DNA of 57,029 nucleotides, counting the filler, from Catajapyx aquilonaris (lineage: Eukaryota), in the NCBI GenBank assembly GCA_000934665.2. It is 2 parts of 2 records of this genome, joined end to end, with 100 filler letters (N's around TTAATTAATTAA, not from the genome) between each part and the next. Parts side by side here need not be neighbours in the genome. Positions count along the whole stretch, not along the records: positions 1 to 28,468 come from JYFJ02004916.1; 1 more part is not named here. One strand, 5' to 3'. The position numbers and the translations under genes are program-made. Position 1 is the first letter of the stretch, and every line of letters starts with the position of its first letter. Shown here one piece after another: positions 1 to 13,767 of the stretch. The notes under the pieces are model-generated. The model did no database searches and had not been told where the DNA came from. It saw nothing but the letters and a program-made list of their open reading frames with translations.

Positions 1-50
1 CCTGCGCCCCCTATAAATCCGGCACTGCCTCCGACTGCTTTTTATTTACT

Positions 51-175
51 TTTTGGAAGGGGGCGCCTTTTTGGAAGGGGGGACCTTTTGGAAGGGGTGC
101 CTTTTGGGAAGAGGCGCCTTTTTGGAAGGGGGCGCCTTTTTGGAAGGGGCGCCTTTTTGGAAGAGGGCGCCTTTT
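51..175. repeat. Minisatellite, about 7 copies of a 16-18 bp unit TTTTGGAAGGGGGCGCCT
   Basis: Imperfect tandem copies with no unique spacers. Lies within a MITE-like segment ending in TAGCGCCGGCCCTG near 287. Explains the repetitive ORFs 53-277 and 88-339. Confidence 0.85.
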
Positions 176-522
176 TTATACAACATTTTTATATTATTTG
201 GAAAGGTCTCATCACGCTTCTTTCGCGCCCCACACGCATCTGCGCCCTGTGCGGTAGCACTGGTCGCACACCCCTAGCGCCGGCCCTGATTAACAATAGT
301 GGTTGCCTAGTTTTCTTTCTGTGTGATTATTTTAACTAAAATAAGGTCTCCCTTTCCTTACAATATGTCTCATTGTCTCCAGAGCAGTACCGGTAACATG
401 ATTTCAGATTGCAATTTCTTTCCTGCTTATACAGCTAATCCATTTTTTGTTCAAATGATGGTGAGTATGAATTGAACAAATTTCTTAACATGTCCCAACA
501 TGTCAATTAGAAGGAAACCCAC

Positions 523-976
523 CACACAGTAGTCTTCAAAGTCTTCCACCTCACTGCTGAAAGTCTCCTCCTCCTCATCCTCCTCCTCCCCCCCATTCAC
601 CTCTTCCGCCCCTCCGTCACTGGCATCCAGAGGCTCCTTATTTCTTAACGTTGGTGCAAGCTGCATGGCAGTGATCTTGTCCTGTGTGTGCAGGCAATCC
701 TCTGCAAACTTGTGGAAGTCATCCAGTACAGAGCAGCAGCTGGGACACACCCAGTGTGGGAGGGCATCTCCCTCATCCACCTGCAGANCTGACGAGGTAC
801 AGCCTGATGTTGTCCAGCACATTCTGCAGCAGATGCCCTCTGCTCCCTTGCCTTGTGCTGCCTGTGCCTCTGGGGCTGGTCCTCTCCTCACCCTCCTTGG
901 CGAACAGCCATTCCCCTTGCCCCTCCTCCCTCTTGCAGGCGCACAGCCGGCACACGTCCATCCCCCTGGACCCCAT
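523..976 (-). CDS. ZAD-C2H2 zinc-finger gene, paralog 1 (partial: exons 1-2; the rest lies beyond the left edge)
   Basis: Exon 1 runs 976 to about 789 (MGSRGMDVCRLCACK...NIRLYLV). Exon 2 is 780-523 (VDEGDALPHWVCPSCCSVLDDFHKFAEDC...DYCV|gtgggt). Together they give the ZAD CxxC...CxxC signature. A single N at 788 replaces intron 1. Confidence 0.85.
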
Positions 977-1119
977 GCGCCCTGGCAGACTGTCGGTGTA
1001 GGTCAGGGAAGGGTGAAAACACGGAGAATTGGATCCGAATGCGAACAGATGAGCTCAGCTGGACTCCATCTTTCTCTGCAGACGATTCTAAGGATTCTTG
1101 TTGACGTATCGGGTAGTAA

Positions 1120-1135
1120 TATCGATACATCGATA
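1120..1135. promoter_or_regulatory. DRE (DREF-binding) elements upstream of ZAD paralog 1
   Basis: Perfect TATCGATA at 1120-1127 followed by CATCGATA at 1128-1135, about 150 bp upstream of the ATG. Confidence 0.55.
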
Positions 1136-4100
1136 TTCTGGCACATTCCCCCATGCAGCTGCTGTACGGTTTGAAACACGTGTGAAATGTTGTTAGAAAT
1201 ATATTGTGTGGTCAAGTTACCTTTAATACGTAATGCATGTCAAAGCTATACCCATGCACACTAAAGAGTGGCTGCATGGATATGTGGACACAGAAAGAGA
1301 AATGTGGTCGCTCAGGATTCTCCTCTGGGGGAAACAGGAAGAATTTTCCAGCTAGTATTCCCTGACCAGAATGGAGCAGATGTAATCCTGAATTGAGGGA
1401 GACATTACATGGTCACTGAACAATTGGGGGAATGATTGTGGATGCTTAACTCCTACCATCTCATACACGATACACCCACTACACAGTTACATGTTCACCT
1501 TTTTTCCAATTTCCCTGCCATCTTCACTCTGAAGCATGACAATACTCTATAGAAAAGCTCATAAGTATGTGACTACAAATGTGAGCTCCATTCTGTTATA
1601 GGGGTTTACATCTTGGATCATACAAAAATTTAGAAAATGACAAAATATCACTATTAAGATGATTTAACACAATTATTTAACATGTTTCAAATGTCTCTAT
1701 GCCGCTCTATGCTCATCCCCTACCCCTCCAGTTTCCTCCTCCTTCCTACAGGTTCATCCCATGTTACTGCTAGTTTCTCAACAGAATTGTCCAAGTTCTC
1801 ATCTCCTATTGACCAGTCCTTCATCTCAAGAGAAGGGACAAGGGCCAAGGTTTCTTCTACCCAATGAACATTTCTAAGGACAAGACAAGGACCTAAGGAC
1901 AGGAGAGAGACAGTGGCTGGTGTCAGTTGCTTGCTCCAAAGGACTAGAACCTGGCTCTACAGCTCCCATGTGTCGGACCCCTTAGAGGTAAGTTTTTGTG
2001 GATTTGGAGGTACCAGTCTTCACTCACAACTTTCTCTCTTGCCAGTACAGCTCTGTCCTTCCCATCTAATGCACTCAACCATCAAAATTAATAGTCTCAA
2101 ATTTTTTTTTAAAGAATATCACTACAAGTACTTGAAATTGTTTATTTATAATCAGAACAGGTTGTTGTAAACGTTTCTCTTCCAAATGCAAAAATAGTTA
2201 AAAGTGACTAGCATAACAATGGAAAAACATCAGTATGATATGAAGCCCCAAGATGAAATCATACTCATAATCCTCTTCAGATGAGGCCACAACACTGAAC
2301 TCAAGTTCCTAAAAGTAATATTATGTCAGGTATGACTAAGTTTCATTTCTGTGAACATTTCTAAATGAGACATGATCCTCGGCCCACATTTCGTGCAAAT
2401 TATTTCCGTAACATAGCGCAAAGTTAAAATCATTAATGAAATTCAACAAGTAATTGCATCAGTAATCACTCATTTTTAAGATTATTAAATTTTGACTTTT
2501 CAGCAGTAAGGTTTAAATACTCGATGGAAAATTAGGTGAATTCTGTGGGAATCTGCACTCCCCTGCTCTGCCCTCCCCCCCTCCCACTGAGTAACAATTT
2601 CTGGATCGGACACTGCAATGTGGCAAAGGTTGAGGACAGCTGTTGTAGGCCTAGAGTTACCTAAAAGGTGGGGGTCACAGGTTTGGAGAGGGGCGCTATG
2701 TTAGTGTTGTTTTCAGTAGATACTCCCCTTAACTTAAGGGGGCGCCAAATTTTTGTTTGCCCTGGGTGCCATCAACCCTTAGATACGCCGCTGATACTGA
2801 CCTTTGAGAGATTCGCAAAACTGGACTCGCTAGACGAAAAATATTTTCACGTTGCTTCTATTCCATATGATTAAAACTTTATCTAATCGCCCAGCAGTGT
2901 TCTAAACTCAAAACATCCCTCTTAGTTTCCTCCAGAGATATAAAACAGTCATTAAAAATGGTCAACAGGAAAGATGATTAAATGTGCTTTCCAGTGTTGT
3001 ATGTAACTCACTGCCAAGCTTGCAGTGAAGTAACAGGAATGAATAGAATAGAATGGAATGACCATCAGCAAGATTTTCACTGATACAGAACTACTGTACA
3101 TGGTGAAACACACAGCACATGTGGCAGGTGTCAAAAATCCAATCTTGTATCAAGTGCATATTGACAAGGCAAAGTGAATGTAGTGTGGTTATTAGATTGC
3201 GGTTGTTTGGGGTTTTCCAAGTTGTTGTTAATCATTTGCAATGTGTGTCATGCATTAAATGTCACCTACTGTACTTGTGCCTCATGTGTAAGCCTGTTTT
3301 GTTCATTGGCTTGGGTGTCCTTCATCGCTGACTACCCCTTCTACAGGGAAATGTGATGATGTTTTAGTACATGTCGATCAGGCCACTAGATGTAGAACAT
3401 GGTGGTTGGCACTCCAGCCCTATATTTTTCCAGATGTACTGTATGTACTGTCCACTTTATTCAAATACTCCAGGGATATGCACTCCTCATGCGACTTTCA
3501 CTGACAGAGAGAGAGGAGAGCATTATGGGCTCCTCCCCCATATTAGCCACCCCATATTTTAATTCTGCCAATGCACAACTTCTTGGGCATGTTTCCAGAA
3601 AATCCTCTAGCCCAGTGCTTCCCAATATTTTTCGTTGGCAACCTCAAAAAACCGTCTCGTAAAATTCGTGTTATCCTCCCTCATGGCCCAGGGAAGCACT
3701 GCTCTAGCTCCACCTCCTGGCCACCTCCCTCTGGATCAACATGTCTGATAGCAAAAAGCAAAGAAGCACATGTGCTTGCCAATTAGTATGCAGTTAAGAG
3801 CTGAGTTTTTTCACTCTCAAGTAACAAATAGGAATTGTACCTAACACTGGAAGACATGGCAGTCCCCACCTAATTGCCACAAATCCAAGTTTCATAAAGA
3901 TTTTGCTTGAGATTCCAAAGTATGAATCGGATGGCATCCCAGTCTTGATATTCGAATATGAAGAGTTGCATGATAGCATGCAAAAATTTCATTGCAATGG
4001 GGTAGGGTGACCCATTCATTAGCATATGTTTAAAAAAAATCTCTCTAACTCCTGATGTTAATGGGAGGTTCATTAGGCCCCACACTTTTCTTGCCAAATA

Positions 4101-4538
4101 GTGGCAGTGAACATTTACTTGAATGTTGGGAAAAGATTTACTCAGTTAATCATAATACACCCCAAATACATCTACATAATTTTTTACATAATATGTCCTG
4201 TGCAGCAACCTATCTGTGCAAAAGAGGTCAATGCTCACTGGTTGAATGTCCTTATCCTCATTGGTGGAATGTTCTTATGCTACTTCTCTGCAATCTGTTG
4301 TGCAACCAGGTCTCTTGAAACCACTTTGAGGCCTTTCTTGCTACACATCACTTTGTACAAAAAAAAGTAGTCTGGGATAATGTGTACAAATATCTTCATT
4401 TTTGCATTAACATAATAAAAATACAAGAATGCTTTGGCAATACAAGCTGGCGACCCTGACTTAATGGGTCACTCTCTACAATGACTAGAAATGCAAAACC
4501 TTCACCACATAAAAATCCTTCTGTCTTGACTCGCTGCA

Positions 4539-7338
4539 TTATAAATGCATGTAACTGTGATGAAAAGATTGCTCCAAAGAGGCCCTTGCAGTAGCAAATG
4601 TTTCAAATGCAGATGAATAGGTGTTCTGGTGCCAACTGGCATGATCCGAAATTACTTGCATGATCCCTTGTTTCCCGCCTGCCATCTCACCCTCTTTACA
4701 GCTACCTATACATCCAGGCTTTGTTGAATGAAAGTTACTCCCTGAATTGTCTGTGCTTATTCCAGGCAGTCCATTCTTGGCATCTTCAGCTACTTTCACT
4801 TTCACCTTCTTTGCCAAGGGTGGCCTCCCTTCTTTGTAAAGTTCTTCTACATGCATCCTGCGCTGGTGTGTCCTGCAGTTGCTTGCATTATTAAAGTTAC
4901 GTCCACAAAACTTGCAGTGATAGGTCTTCTTCCCCTCATGGAACTCATAGTGACCCTGTTGTAAATGAGATTAATTTAATTAGCACATTTCACAAATTGT
5001 CTATAGCATATTACATGTGTATGTGACCTGAAGCCCTTCTGATTTTACTATATGACCTCCCATAATGCAGGCTGTCAGTATAAAACTACATCAATGACCA
5101 GAGGATGCAGCCAGGATAATGTGGGGCAAATTAAGTGACTTTCTCCTCCTTTTGAAAACTGTTCAATATTTTAATTTTAACAATTAAGTTTATTGAAGAT
5201 CTACAATAACGCCTTGCATGGAAGGACAAAATGACTTCAAGTTAGCAGTATCCATGTGAATTCAAGCTTTATAAAATAAACCTGCTCTGAGAGCAGGGGA
5301 AATATTGCATATTGTCAAATGTTGTGAAATGCTAGCACCAAGTCCTCATGAAATGGGAAAGACTGGGCGAGTCTTGCTATTCCCCTTCTCAGAAGATATA
5401 ATTTTCACTGACTGTAGTCTTCATAACTAAAATGTAAACAAATCTGCTAAGTTTTACCAGCATGCTGCAATGTGCAGGATCATATTATGGCAAGATATGA
5501 GGTGAGAGTATGACATATTTCTTGAAATTCTGACAATATTCTGCCAAGTACACCCACCTTGAGAGTTTTGTAGCGCTTGAATCCCTTTCCACAATACTTG
5601 CACAGGTAGGGAGTTTCATCTGAATGAATGACCATGTGCCTCTCAAGTGTACGTGATGTCTTCAGGTGCATTCCACATACATTACACACCAGAGGGTCCT
5701 CATTGTGTACTTCCAAGTGTATTCTCAAGCCTGTTTTGCACTTGAAGCCCTTCCCACACTTTTCACATATGAATGAATTGCTATCACCATGGGTTAACAT
5801 ATGTTCCTTCAAATTACTCTTGAAGGTAAAAGTGCGTCCACACACTTCACATGCATGAGATTTGTCCCCTGTGTGTACCATTCGATGGTGTGTAAGCAGG
5901 GAGCTCTTGGAACACAAATTCTTGTTGCATATGTCACACTGCCATATAGCACGCTCCTCCACTGGAACATGTATCTTCTGATGGCGCTTCAAAAGAGCCT
6001 CAGAAAGGAAGCTCTTTTTGCACTGGCTGCACTGGAAAATTTCCTTGTTCTTCTTTGGCATACGATTACACCTGTGCTTCTCCAGAGTGACTTTATTGCA
6101 GAATGACCGGCCACACTTGCTGCATCTACCAGTGACAGAAATTATACAAGTTAAATCTTATTACTCTAAAATTGTATTACACAACAGTACCTGAACATCA
6201 TGAGGTGCTTCTGTCGGTGATAGGTCATCTGCTCTGTTTTTTTAATGGTTTCTCCACAGATACACTTTCCCTGAACTATCAAGGCAGTATGGACCTCTCT
6301 GTAATGCTGGGTGAGGGTGCTCCACTTCTCATGTTCCTCTCCACATGTCATGCATGCTACTTTGAAGGCGTCCTTCTCTTTGCTGCCTTCTTCTGCTTTA
6401 TTGACCTTCACCTTCGTGGGATTTCCTTCCTCAGAAGACTCCTCCTCACTCAGCAAGGCTCTGGCAGGCTTTCTTTGCTTGCGAGACTTGCGCCTGGCTC
6501 CCATCTCCTTAGACTCAGAGGCCTTCTTATTTCCAGGGTCAGATGACTCTGGAAATGATTGGTTCTCTGGTGGTGAATCGCCCCATTCCAGTTCCAAGTT
6601 CCTCTGCAAACCAAAATGAACAAATTAATTTTTAGCGACATCTCATTAAAATGCCTATATGTTCATGAGTAGGAGGCCCCAGCCATGGTCTAACATGCAT
6701 GCTGTATGATATTTTCTTCGGGTTGATGAGGGGTGCGGTGGAAAAAAGGTGATAATCCACAGAAGTGTAATTTTTCAGGTGACCAAATTTAAGTTTGCAC
6801 TCTCTTTACAAATCCCCTACTTATTATATCCTCAATGATTTACATTGTTATTACTCAAGTAGCCTTGGTGAACATTTTGCCACAAGAGGTGATACCAACC
6901 ACACAAAAGTCATCAATCTCTTCCATCCCATCACTGGGGTGCTCGTCATCCAGTGTCTCTGAATCCTCCTCTTCTCCACTGTCACCTTGCTGCATAGAGT
7001 GGATCCTGACTAAAATCTTGTCCTGTGCACGCAGGCAATCCTCTGCAAACTTGTGGAAGTTGTCCAGCGTGGAGCAGCATCGGGGACACACCCTCTGGGG
7101 AAGGTCGTCCTCCTCCTGGATCTGAGGGAAGCAGACAACATGGCATGACCTGGCCTCCTCCACCTGAATGAAGTGCTGTGCTCACCTCCAGCCTGATGTA
7201 CCTCCTGATGTTGTCGGAGAGAGGCAGCATTCCCCTCCTCCCCCTGGTCTCCCCTTCCTTGACGAATATCCACTCTCCCTTGCCCTCCTCCAGCCTGCAG
7301 GCGCACAGACGACACACCTCCGCCGCCCTGGAGCCCAT
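4539..7338 (-). CDS. ZAD-C2H2 zinc-finger protein, paralog 2 (about 590 aa, weckle-like)
   Basis: Exons 7338-7186, 7121-6900, 6603-6191, 6125-5558, 4955-4539. All introns GT-AG and phase-consistent (1773 nt). N-terminal ZAD, acidic/basic linker, two atypical fingers in exon 3, an array of about 8 C2H2 fingers, last finger NNASNCRTHQRRMH. Confidence 0.92.
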
Positions 7339-9188
7339 CTCGCCTTCAGTGAATCCGGCCACCAAACCAGAGGAAGGCCGAGTCCGGGGGACGACCCACC
7401 ACCACTCAATCGGACGCCATCATGTCGACTGCTCCTGTCAGCAGCAGCCCGAACCTCGGGTTGAATGAAGCGTAGCTGTTTACATAATGATGCCCAGTGA
7501 TGGAAATACGATGGGTCGTGTGACGGCGGCAAGCTTGAACCGTGGCTGTCACCGAATCACTCTCCCAGATGATGCGGAGGGAGCGGTAAGGCTTGTAAAT
7601 GAGAAAACCATTTCACTCAAATTCTCCTCTCATCTCCACAGATTTTTTGGTAAAGTGAAAACTTATAGCAATAGCACCATATACGGTACTATGATCATAT
7701 CAATTGAAACTTGAAAGTCTTTCAATTTAACTGCAGAACAGTTTATTCCAAAGACCTAGGACTCATCAGGAATCTATCACTATGGGCCAAAACCCAAAAG
7801 GGATTTTACAGAATCACTGAAGAGACACAGTGGCATTTAAGAATACTTATTGCTGGCCTACAATCTTACTCACAGTCAGAGACAGACGAAGTGGACTCGC
7901 GTTTAGATTAAATACTTTAGTGTTTAGTCTTTCAGTCCTTCGATTTTTTTGACGTGAATATGTCTATAAAATCGGATCAGTAACGAAAAAGCATTACAGT
8001 AGGGCCCTTTTCGTGCATGCCCCCCCAATACTGATCCCATTTTCAAGACGTATTCATGACAAAACCTGCTGTTTGTGTCCTCGGCACAACCTAAGATATC
8101 TTTTTCCCAAGTGATACGTTTATTCTCTAATGATATTCACTGGTTAATTTTCTTTTTAAATATATTAATTGAGTGATACGTGCAACAATTTACAATGAAG
8201 CTTTTATTGAATGTGAATGTACTTTACATAGTGAAGTTAAGTACATACTGCTTGTGGAAGAGAAACAACCTGCAGTTTTAGTAACCACACACATTCATGT
8301 ACTATCTGTCAAAAAAGTTTAGGCCACAAGTTTCTTGGCACTACAACCATCACACTCAAGTTTTTCCCAGACAACTTCTGCAGAGTAATGATGATTGAAA
8401 GTAGTGCCAAGATATATTTGGCCACTGTTAGCCAATATTTAAAAAAATGCAGATGATACCAGTTTTAATACCGTTTCCTTTATAACAAGCCATAATTTAA
8501 ATAAATAGATTTTGCATCAGTCTTGTCAGAGTTTTTGGCTCTTGTCAAATGTAGAAATCCAGATAATTTTTGCCAATGTCACTATCAGAACATAATAAGT
8601 ACAGATTTTACTTGAGAGTGTGAACCAACAGCTCAAGTGTGAACAATCTGGACTTCGTTTAGCCAATAGCGGCCAATGTCAGTTTGCGTCCACCTGGAGG
8701 ACCTCTACTTCCTGTTACGTCTTATCAAAATGAAGTCTTTATACAATGCAATTAATGTGTTTCAAGATATACTCAGGATAGAAGATATTCCTTTGCAACC
8801 TAGCTTGCTTCTGTTTCTCATGTTCACTAATGCACAACACACTCATTTGCTTTCACATGCATTCATATTTCTATGGTACATTCCGCATGACTAAAAGCAA
8901 ATGATGATAAAATGTAACAATCACAGGCAAATTGTTGGATACAGTATTCATGTTGCTGGCTCGAGTTAGTTTCTGCAACACAGTGATGTCACTATGCCAA
9001 CGTGAACATACAATAGCAAACATCAAGACATGATGTATGCTACTTATGTACAAGTCTCGTATTCACGTTGAAACAGACAGGTGTACCAGACAACTGTCTG
9101 GAGCATGGCTACAAGAACCATCTCCAAATATCACTGCCTCTACTACATTATTGGATTTCTCCAAATAAATTTCAATACCCCATTATTA

Positions 9189-11983
9189 TTACAAACGCAT
9201 GTAATCATGATGAGAGGACTTTTCATGGGAGACTCCAGCAGTAACATATGCATCACATGTGGATACATAGTTACTCTGATGCCAACTGGCATGATCCGAC
9301 ATGACTTGCATGATGCCTTGTTTTCCACTGTCATCATCTCGGCAACTTTCTGAAATTCCAGAAAATGGTTTGTGAGTGTCACTCCCTGACAAGTCTGGAG
9401 TGTTTCCTAGTCCATTATCTTGGGAAGACCTTCCAGAAAGAAATCCTTGTGCCTTTTTCATGGGAGGCCTGCCTTCCCTGTGCAGCTCCTCTAAATGCAT
9501 CCGTCGTTGGTGTGTCCGACGATTACTTGCATTGTTAAAGTTACGTCCACAAAATTTGCAATGGTATGTTTTCTTTCCTTCATGGAATTCATAGTGTTCC
9601 TAAAATATATTAATTCAAATAATCATACTGTCATTAATGTTGAGGATCAGGATGCTAAATCTTAACCACTATGTTAATGAGGTGTTCATAGCACTTACCT
9701 TGAGAGTCTTGTAGCGCTTGAAGCCCTTTCCACAATACTTGCACAGGTAAGGTGTCTCATCTGAGTGAATGACCATATGCCTCTCTAGGGTACGCGAAGT
9801 CTTCAGGTGCATTCCACATACAGTGCATACCAGTGGATCCTCATTGTGCACTTCCATGTGAATCTTCATACCAGACTTGGACTTAAATCCCTTCCCACAT
9901 TTCTCACAGTTGAATCGAGTCTCATTACTGTGAGTTGACATGTGGTCTTTCAGATTACCCTTCATGGTGAAGGTACGACCACACACATCACAGACATATG
10001 CCCTCTCCCCCATGTGCACTATACGTTGATGAGTTAGAAGGGTATTTTTGCTGCACATCTTCTTGTTACACACATCACATTGCCATATGGCTCTCTTCTC
10101 CACTGGTACATGCGTCTTCTCATGGCGCTTTAAAAGGGCTTCTGCATGGAAGCGCTTTTGGCATTGGCTGCATTGGAAAGGTTGCTCATCCTTTGGAAGA
10201 TGGGTGCCCTTATGTCCTTCAAGGTCAGACTTGTTGCAAAATGACTTGTTGCACTTGTCACAACTATCAAGATAAATTGAGCATTCAATAAGAGAAAAGC
10301 CCAGTAGGCGCTAGAGTAAAATAAAAGTTTTAATACTATACCTGTACATCATCAGGTGTTTGCGACGATGATAGGACATCTGATCTGTTTTAGTGAGGGT
10401 CTCCCCACAAGTGCACTTCCCCTCAACTGTCTGGGTACCGTGGAATACTCTGTAGTGCTGGGTCAATGTGCTCCACTTTGCATGCTCCTCCCCACACACC
10501 AAGCAAGACACTTTCAACGTCGCTTTCACTTTTCCAACTGCTCTTCTCCTCTCCATCCTCCTCTTCTTAGCTGACCTTCTTCCTTCCGAAGAGTCATCTA
10601 CAATCATCACAGCTTTGACAGGCATACTCTGTTTGCGTGACCTACGACGGATGCCTATTTCTTTGGCATCATGGGGGGAGGCTGCTTTCTTATTCCTCGA
10701 GGTGGTTGATTCAATATTTGAATTACCCCACTCCAGCTCCAAGTTGTTCTGCTGGTAAAATAATACACTAATTAAAAAGCAATTCACACATCCTCAGCTG
10801 GAGGTAAACACACAAAATATATTCAAATATACAGTATTATCTAGCCCTAAGCATTTATTGGCAAAGAATAGGCATCAAATAGTACCATACTTTCTTACTG
10901 AATTATTTTGACAAACCTCGTGCAGATTTTTTCATACAAGTGGCTTTCAAGAACATGGCACCTGTGCCTTGTTAATGACTCTGGGATTGAAGTTATTTAA
11001 TGTTCTGATAGTATGTATTACAGTATGATGTATGTATTTTCCCTTAAGGAAGCATGTAACCAACCATGCAAAAGTCATCAGCCTCCTCGACTTCATCACT
11101 ATGATGGCCCTCTTCTTCAGCCACCTCACTGTCTTCCTCTGTGTCATCCTGGTGTGTATCATTGACAATCAATGAGACTTGTCCAGAGACAATCTTGTCT
11201 TGAATCTGCATGCACTGCTCTGCAAACTTGTGAAAGGCATCCAAAATGGAGCAGCATTCAGGACACACCTTTTGAGGAAGGTCATCGTTTTCATGAACCT
11301 GAAATAAAAGTCTCTGTATTAAGTCTCACCCTGCACTCTGTTATGAACAAGGGGACATGGACAAGAAAGGCTTCTCTTAGTTAAACGAAACTAAAGCTGT
11401 GGTGATAACCACTAGACCACTGCGCCCCTAAAGTAGTACGTGTATCTGGGCCCAAAACACATCCATAAAACTTCTAGATGGCATAGCAACCACAGTTCAA
11501 GGCCCATATGCTCCGCCTTTTAGAGAACGTAGAGTTGAATTCACAGCATTAGCAAGTTTAGACCCCTTGAATTCAAGTCACCAATACCTGAAAAACATTT
11601 TGGCGTTTATGTTCACTTGCCCACTGGAGATGGGGGTCTGAAATGAAGGTTGGTCCTTTCCACTAACCGAGTTACACTGCCCAAAAAGACCTGAAGTGAA
11701 TGCACAGTTCATTTTAGGTTTTGGTGTAAGAAACTTTTCCCTCAAATCCTTGAACAGGAGAGTTGGATGTCTCTGACTCGATTCAAGCCACTAGTTTATT
11801 AATTTCACCTTGACCCACCTCCATTCGTAGGTACCTCCGGATGATGCTTCCGAGGGGCTGGATGGACTGCCCCTTATTATTCCCGCCTCTGTTATGGCGC
11901 TCCTTGGCGAAGATCCACTCCCCACGACCTTCCTCCAGCCTGCAGGCGCACAGTCGGCACACGTCCATCGCCTCGGAACCCAT
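9189..11983 (-). CDS. ZAD-C2H2 zinc-finger protein, paralog 3 (about 594 aa)
   Basis: Exons 11983-11819, 11298-11065, 10751 (or 10748, NAGNAG)-10342, 10263-9699, 9599-9189. Same intron positions and phases as paralog 2. Candidate AATAAA at 8208-8203. Confidence 0.92.
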
Positions 11984-12541
11984 CAGTTACCTCAGGTGGG
12001 CACGGGAGGCACAGGGGACCCAGATAAAGCAAGCGGACACCGACCCAACAGCAGAACAGCAGAAGACTTCGTAGACTCAAGCAGACGCCATGTTTGCTCG
12101 GGCTCAAAATAGCTGCTACTGGTCGCTGCTTTCTCACACAACGTAGCAGTTGTCACTGTTGGAACTAGGAAAACGAGAGGCCGATCACCTTCGGATACGG
12201 TACTGTACTTGTTATCGTGATGCGATTAGGTTCCAGAATTAATTCACATTGGTGAGAGATTTTGCGGCGTCACGGAAAAGTTTGGCCACAATTCTGTGAA
12301 GGATTTGATAAGTAATATATTTGAGCCAATTTATTGGCACTGGTGTTGATCATCCCATAAACCACTATAAGCGCAAGATTATACTGTAGTGAAATGCGGC
12401 ACAAAAAATATGTATTACATTCTTGCAAGTTCATTCTCACCAAGATTTGTTCCAAATGGGATTAAATTCGCTCCTGCCTCTGGTGTGCCCTGGCTAACCA
12501 ATTTTACGTGTCTGAAAAGGTCCTCTCCATCTGGTCTTTAA

Positions 12542-12667
12542 GGGCCGGTTTCACCGAGCTCAGTATATGATAAAACCAGGGTATTTCTCAAAATCCCTAT
12601 CTATTTAGATAGGGATTTTGAGAAATACCCTGGTTTTATCATATACCAAGCTCGGTGAAACCGGCCC
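12542..12667. mobile_element. Palindromic PIF/Harbinger-type MITE
   Basis: Near-perfect 126-bp hairpin GGGCCGGTTTCACC...GGTGAAACCGGCCC with TAA on both sides (12539-12541, 12668-12670). Confidence 0.85.
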
Positions 12668-12940
12668 TAAGAGACAGTTTGTACAAGTTTTACAGAGAAA
12701 AAGAAAACTCCTACCTGTAACAATATTGTTGACTCCCTGTGGATATGCAGGGTGTTAAGTGCAGTTAACTAATAATGCTAATGGTTTCTGCATATAATAA
12801 TTAATTCTTTATTTTCATGTGAAATCAAATAGCTATGCTGTACAATAAAAGTTCTGTTCATCATGCTGACACATAAAATGAATACAATTGCCAAAAAATG
12901 CAAACATAATAATTTGTGTCACACACATCTTATATGGGTA

Positions 12941-13745
12941 CAAGGCCATGCTGATTTTTTTTTGCCTCCATGTACATAAAATGTGTAATGTATCACAGGA
13001 CAAGGAAAGTGACATCATATGAAAGCCTGGAATGTCATCTTCAAAATGATATATTTATGTCATCACTGGCTACCCCATGCTTGGGATAATGCCGTGAAGA
13101 AATGAATGAATGAATGAACTTTCCTACATAATCACCACCAACAGAAATACACATCAACAATGTACTAGTTCTTCCCTCCCATTGGTGTAAGACTCAGGGC
13201 TATGGGAAAGGTGCCAAGTTCAAGCAGCAGCCTCATCGGATCGGATCTGCAGTATTTGCCCTTCAGGTATGTCTTCATCTTTGGAAAAAGAAAGAAGTCA
13301 CAGGGCAATCTGTACAGCTCCAATGCAGAAGTTGAGGCTACTGTTTGCTCTTGGGTGCCTCCCCCATAGCCTTGAGTCTTACGCAGCCAGGAGGGAAGAA
13401 TTAGTGCATTGTTGACATGTACGGCTGTGGGTGGTAGTTTGGTTGGATTAGGAAGGAGCCACAGCAACTATGGCTATCTGGCTGTAAGAAGATGCAAAGG
13501 TGGGACCTAGACGGAGAGAGAAATTAAGAGAAAAAATGAGGAGAGGAAAGACTGGTATCTCTCGTAGTCTGTCTCCCATCCCAAAAACCTGTCCACTGTG
13601 GGTGGTGATTACGTAGAAAAGTACATACCAGTATAGCACTTTGAAGAGAACATTCCAGTCTTTCATTTGACGTCACTCTCATTGTCCTGTGATATGGATT
13701 ACACATTTTATGTACATGGAGGCAAATAATATCAGCATGCCCTCG
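12941..13745 (-). mobile_element. Internally deleted mariner-like element with about 95-bp inverted termini
   Basis: TA-flanked inverted repeats at 12941-13035 and 13650-13745. Contains a transposase remnant LPCDFFLFPKMKTYLKG at about 13255-13315 (-) and a 5'-truncated RTE-derived SINE at about 13440-13595. Confidence 0.75.
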
Positions 13746-13767
13746 TATATTATGTCATTTATGAAAG

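Noticed and set aside
51..175. CRISPR-like repeat array
   Set aside because: The units are adjacent with no unique spacers and the context is eukaryotic. It is a minisatellite.
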